A DNA stretch of 61,888 nt, the filler included, from Asterionella formosa (Eukaryota), in assembly GCA_002256025.1 (NCBI GenBank). It is 22 parts of 22 records of this genome, joined end to end, with 100 filler letters (N's around TTAATTAATTAA, not from the genome) between each part and the next. Parts side by side here need not be neighbours in the genome. Positions count along the whole stretch, not along the records: positions 59,177 to 61,888 come from NKIB01014916.1; 21 more parts are not named here. One strand, 5' to 3'. Positions 59,177 through 61,888 of the stretch are shown here, piece by piece; the first letter of the stretch is position 1, and every line of letters begins with the position of its first letter. Under the pieces are notes generated by a model that saw only the letters and a program-made list of their open reading frames with translations, did not search any database and was not told where the DNA came from. The position numbers and the translations under genes were made by a program.

Positions 59177-60290
59177 TCCTATCAACACATGGTATTGCAG
59201 CTCGAAGATTGCATTGATGTTCTCAAAGTACTCTACCCTCAATTCGATTTCTTGTTTCTTTTTGATCACTCCTGTGGGCACGACCGTCAGAAAGAAGATG
59301 GCTTAAATGTGGAATGAATGACTAAGTCCTATGGAGGTGCCCAGAAACGGTTGAGGAAAATGGCAAACACCTGGTTACCTGGGACCTCACTTACCTTAGC
59401 TGAAAAAAACGCAATCAATGCAATCAATGTTATTCAGAATAGATGACACCGGACCATTCTGGATGACTGAAGCTGAACGAGATCAAAAGCGCCATGACTT
59501 GGTACTGGAAGGGCAAACAATCACAAGACAATACACAAAGGATGAGCTCCTTAAACAACTAAGGCAAAGAGGAATGTTAGCAAAGGGTAAGAAGCAAGCA
59601 ATACAGTCTAAGGCGCAAGAACACAACTTACCAAGAATTGAAGAGACTAAAGCAAAAGTTGTCGAAGGATGGGAAAATAAACCAAACGGTCTGTTGCGGA
59701 TACTTTGGGAGCGTGGATTTATTGACGAATTGAGATTGGAGAACTACATGTTGAATGGAAAGCACGATGCATTTGGATTTGTGCAGAAAGATTTTTCTTT
59801 GAAGTCGCTGAAGGGAAACTGTCTTGATTTCGAGGAAGAGGAGACACTATTGCAGTCAATGGGAAAGGAAATGGGAGTACTTGTTGACCGAACGCCGAAA
59901 TGTCACTGTGAACTTGCAGGAGAGGGAATCGAGTATTCTTGGAGTTGCGCCAAGAAAATTTTTACCGTCGGGTTTCTCTGAAGAGGAAAAGGGTAAAGAG
60001 AATTCAGGTCTGTGGTGTGAGAGAGCATGTCAACAGAAAAAGTGTTAACAACAAAAAGGAAAAGACATTTTTCAAGGCGAGCAAGACAATATATATGTGC
60101 ATACTTCAAGATTTGGAAAGATCTGGACGAACAACAACATGACAGGATGGACGCCGAAGTTAACACAACAACACATGAAGCGGACCCCATCAGTGTTGAG
60201 AAGCTTGTCAAACAATTCAAAACACACCGCTGTGCTCGCGATTTCGACACAACGTTCTGCAAGGCAACCTACGTCAACGATCTAACATAG
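59177..60290 (+). mobile_element. IS630/Tc1/mariner-superfamily DDE transposase, 3' part, disrupted
   Basis: FLFLFDHSCGH, GLLRILWERG, DF..EETLLQ, TPKCHCELAGEGIEYSW..AK. Stops and frameshifts near 59316, 59400 and 59960. Confidence 0.75.
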
Positions 60291-60641
60291 CAAACAACAG
60301 AGCAACGAAGCAAACAAGAAGCAAGCAGCAAAATCAACAAACATGAAGGACGACAACAGATCGATGTTACATACCTTTTGAGGGGAAATGAGCGGAGGGC
60401 AGTATACGGTATATATATATCAAAGAATTTGCATCAATTTTTGTATGTGTCACAATTTTTACTCTTAATTATTAGATGCAAAAGAAAAAGAAAATCTATA
60501 CTGAGGCCTACGTATCCTACTATATTGATCTTCAGGTTGCAACCAGCCATTTACATACCGGTACATCTTTCTACCGTTCACCGGTACATATTGACAGGAT
60601 ACGGTATTTATTTATTGACACATAGACCATCATATTCTATG

Positions 60642-60821
60642 CCAGGTACCTGGTACCGGTACCAGGTACCAGGTACCTGATGCCAGGAACATGGTATCAG
60701 CCTACCGGCGGTACCTGGTACCTGGTACCAGGTACCAGGTACCGGTAACTGAATTTGTGTGCAGCGATATACATACCGGTTCTGGTACCTGGTACCAGGT
60801 ACCAGTACTGGTACCGGTACC
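60642..60821. repeat. Array of TACCAGGTA/TACCTGGTA/TACCGGTA words
   Basis: Dense overlapping GGTACC words. Similar arrays occur near 4610, 5650, 18580, 20080, 31225-31340, 31610-31660, 31840-31865 and 39250-39375. Confidence 0.9.
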
Positions 60822-61554
60822 TTCCTTTGCGTCGTCATTCTTGCTCTATGACATGTGTATTTTAGTGCCGATGCAAGAAAAACAGTGCCGTCATGGTGGG
60901 CGATCTGTTCAAATGAATCTTCACAAATCATCGTGATCAGTAGTCTAATAATACCGGTAATAATAATGAGAATATTATTTCTGGTACACTTTTGCACTTA
61001 TGCTCATGAAATAAATAAATAAACCTATAAAATGTAAAGTACAAACAAACCATCCACATGCGAAATCTTGATGCTTTTTTAAATATTGCATCTAACGCTT
61101 GTCTTATTGCGTGCTTGTTCGTACAATCCCTCGTGATGAGCGATCCCCACCACATCTACGAAAAAAAGGCTGGCTCCCTGTGGTCCAACCTCGATTAGCG
61201 TGTGAGTACCGGCATATGCACTGTCGACTTTAGTACAATACAGGCGGAGTGACTTCGCTACTACCAAGACATCATAGAAAATTAATCAAGCAATCATAAA
61301 GTATGTTAATTAATATATGTGTTTGTCGTTTAATGTATACAGTTAAAGTCAACAGTTAGCTAATATGATAGTATTATACAGTGGATAGCAAGTGTTGGTC
61401 GATCAATCGGCGAAATCACTGGAGAAACAGATGTAATAGGACCCTCTGTGATTAGGCTAGGAGAAGCGACTGGAGATGCAGAAGAAACTGGGGGTGCATC
61501 AGGAGGAAGTGTAGCAAGTGTTGGTCGATCAATAGGCGAAATCACTGGAGAAAG

Positions 61555-61888
61555 CAATGAATTTACCAGGGAAGAGAAGCTCCTCTGTAATAAATTTAGA
61601 TCCGGTGTAGAGGAACGGAGTGCCAATGAGGAGGAAGAACAACGGGTTGATTCTCAACACAGTCGACAAGAGTTCGAAACCAATACCAAGCCAAACACTT
61701 GTGAGAACAATAATGGCGGGAAGGTAGAGAAGATTTGATCTGAATTGGTCTTCTTTCAATGTGACAGTGCAAATTCCAGTGTCGATCTAGCATTTTGGAG
61801 ATGTTGAGACTGCAAACTTCGATCCAGTTTCCTTGAGCTCCGTCTTCAATGCGTCAAACTCAGCATCTGGCATCATCGGTTCACCTTT
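61555..61888 (-). pseudogene. PGRL1: PGRL1 pseudogene, TM-containing 3' part, truncated before the C-terminal CxxC region
   Basis: 61636-61888 is identical to 45106-45358. It reads LLYLPAIIVL..VWLGIGFE...LFFLLIGTPF...FIAF and then switches into an unrelated 126-bp S/P-rich repeat (61386-61554). Confidence 0.85.

Overview
This window is not one locus. It is 22 short contigs (2712-2724 bp, roughly sorted by length) joined by artificial 100-nt spacers (44 N + TTAATTAATTAA + 44 N), so adjacency across spacers has no biological meaning. Twenty contigs look like a diatom/stramenopile nuclear genome: short GT-AG introns, ASAF-like plastid-targeting peptides, a PGRL1 homolog and diatom-type copia/gypsy elements. 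They are dominated by transposon debris (Harbinger, pogo/Tc1-mariner, Plavaka/CACTA-like, Crypton, copia, gypsy, LINE, MITEs) and an expanded 24-aa LRR membrane-protein family. A few apparently intact housekeeping genes are present (CIA1, TRM5, a plastid thioredoxin, a partial 5'-nucleotidase). Two contigs are bacterial: 25399-28115 (GC-rich, Verrucomicrobia-like, rnd plus a BACON protein) and 42291-45005 (Bacteroidetes T9SS protein). Best leads: (1) a 2OG-Fe(II) dioxygenase-fold ORF directly downstream of a Plavaka-like transposase; (2) ubiquitous TA-CC(W)GG-TA arrays that look like accumulated excision footprints of TA-targeting CC...GG transposons, two of them in frame inside a PGRL1 pseudogene; (3) LRR modules with a near-fixed DNA scaffold and variable binding-face residues; (4) an uncharacterised accessory gene seen on three contigs, once beside a Plavaka transposase; (5) contig 22 overlaps contig 17 by 253 bp. 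All family calls come from motif recognition by eye, not database searches.
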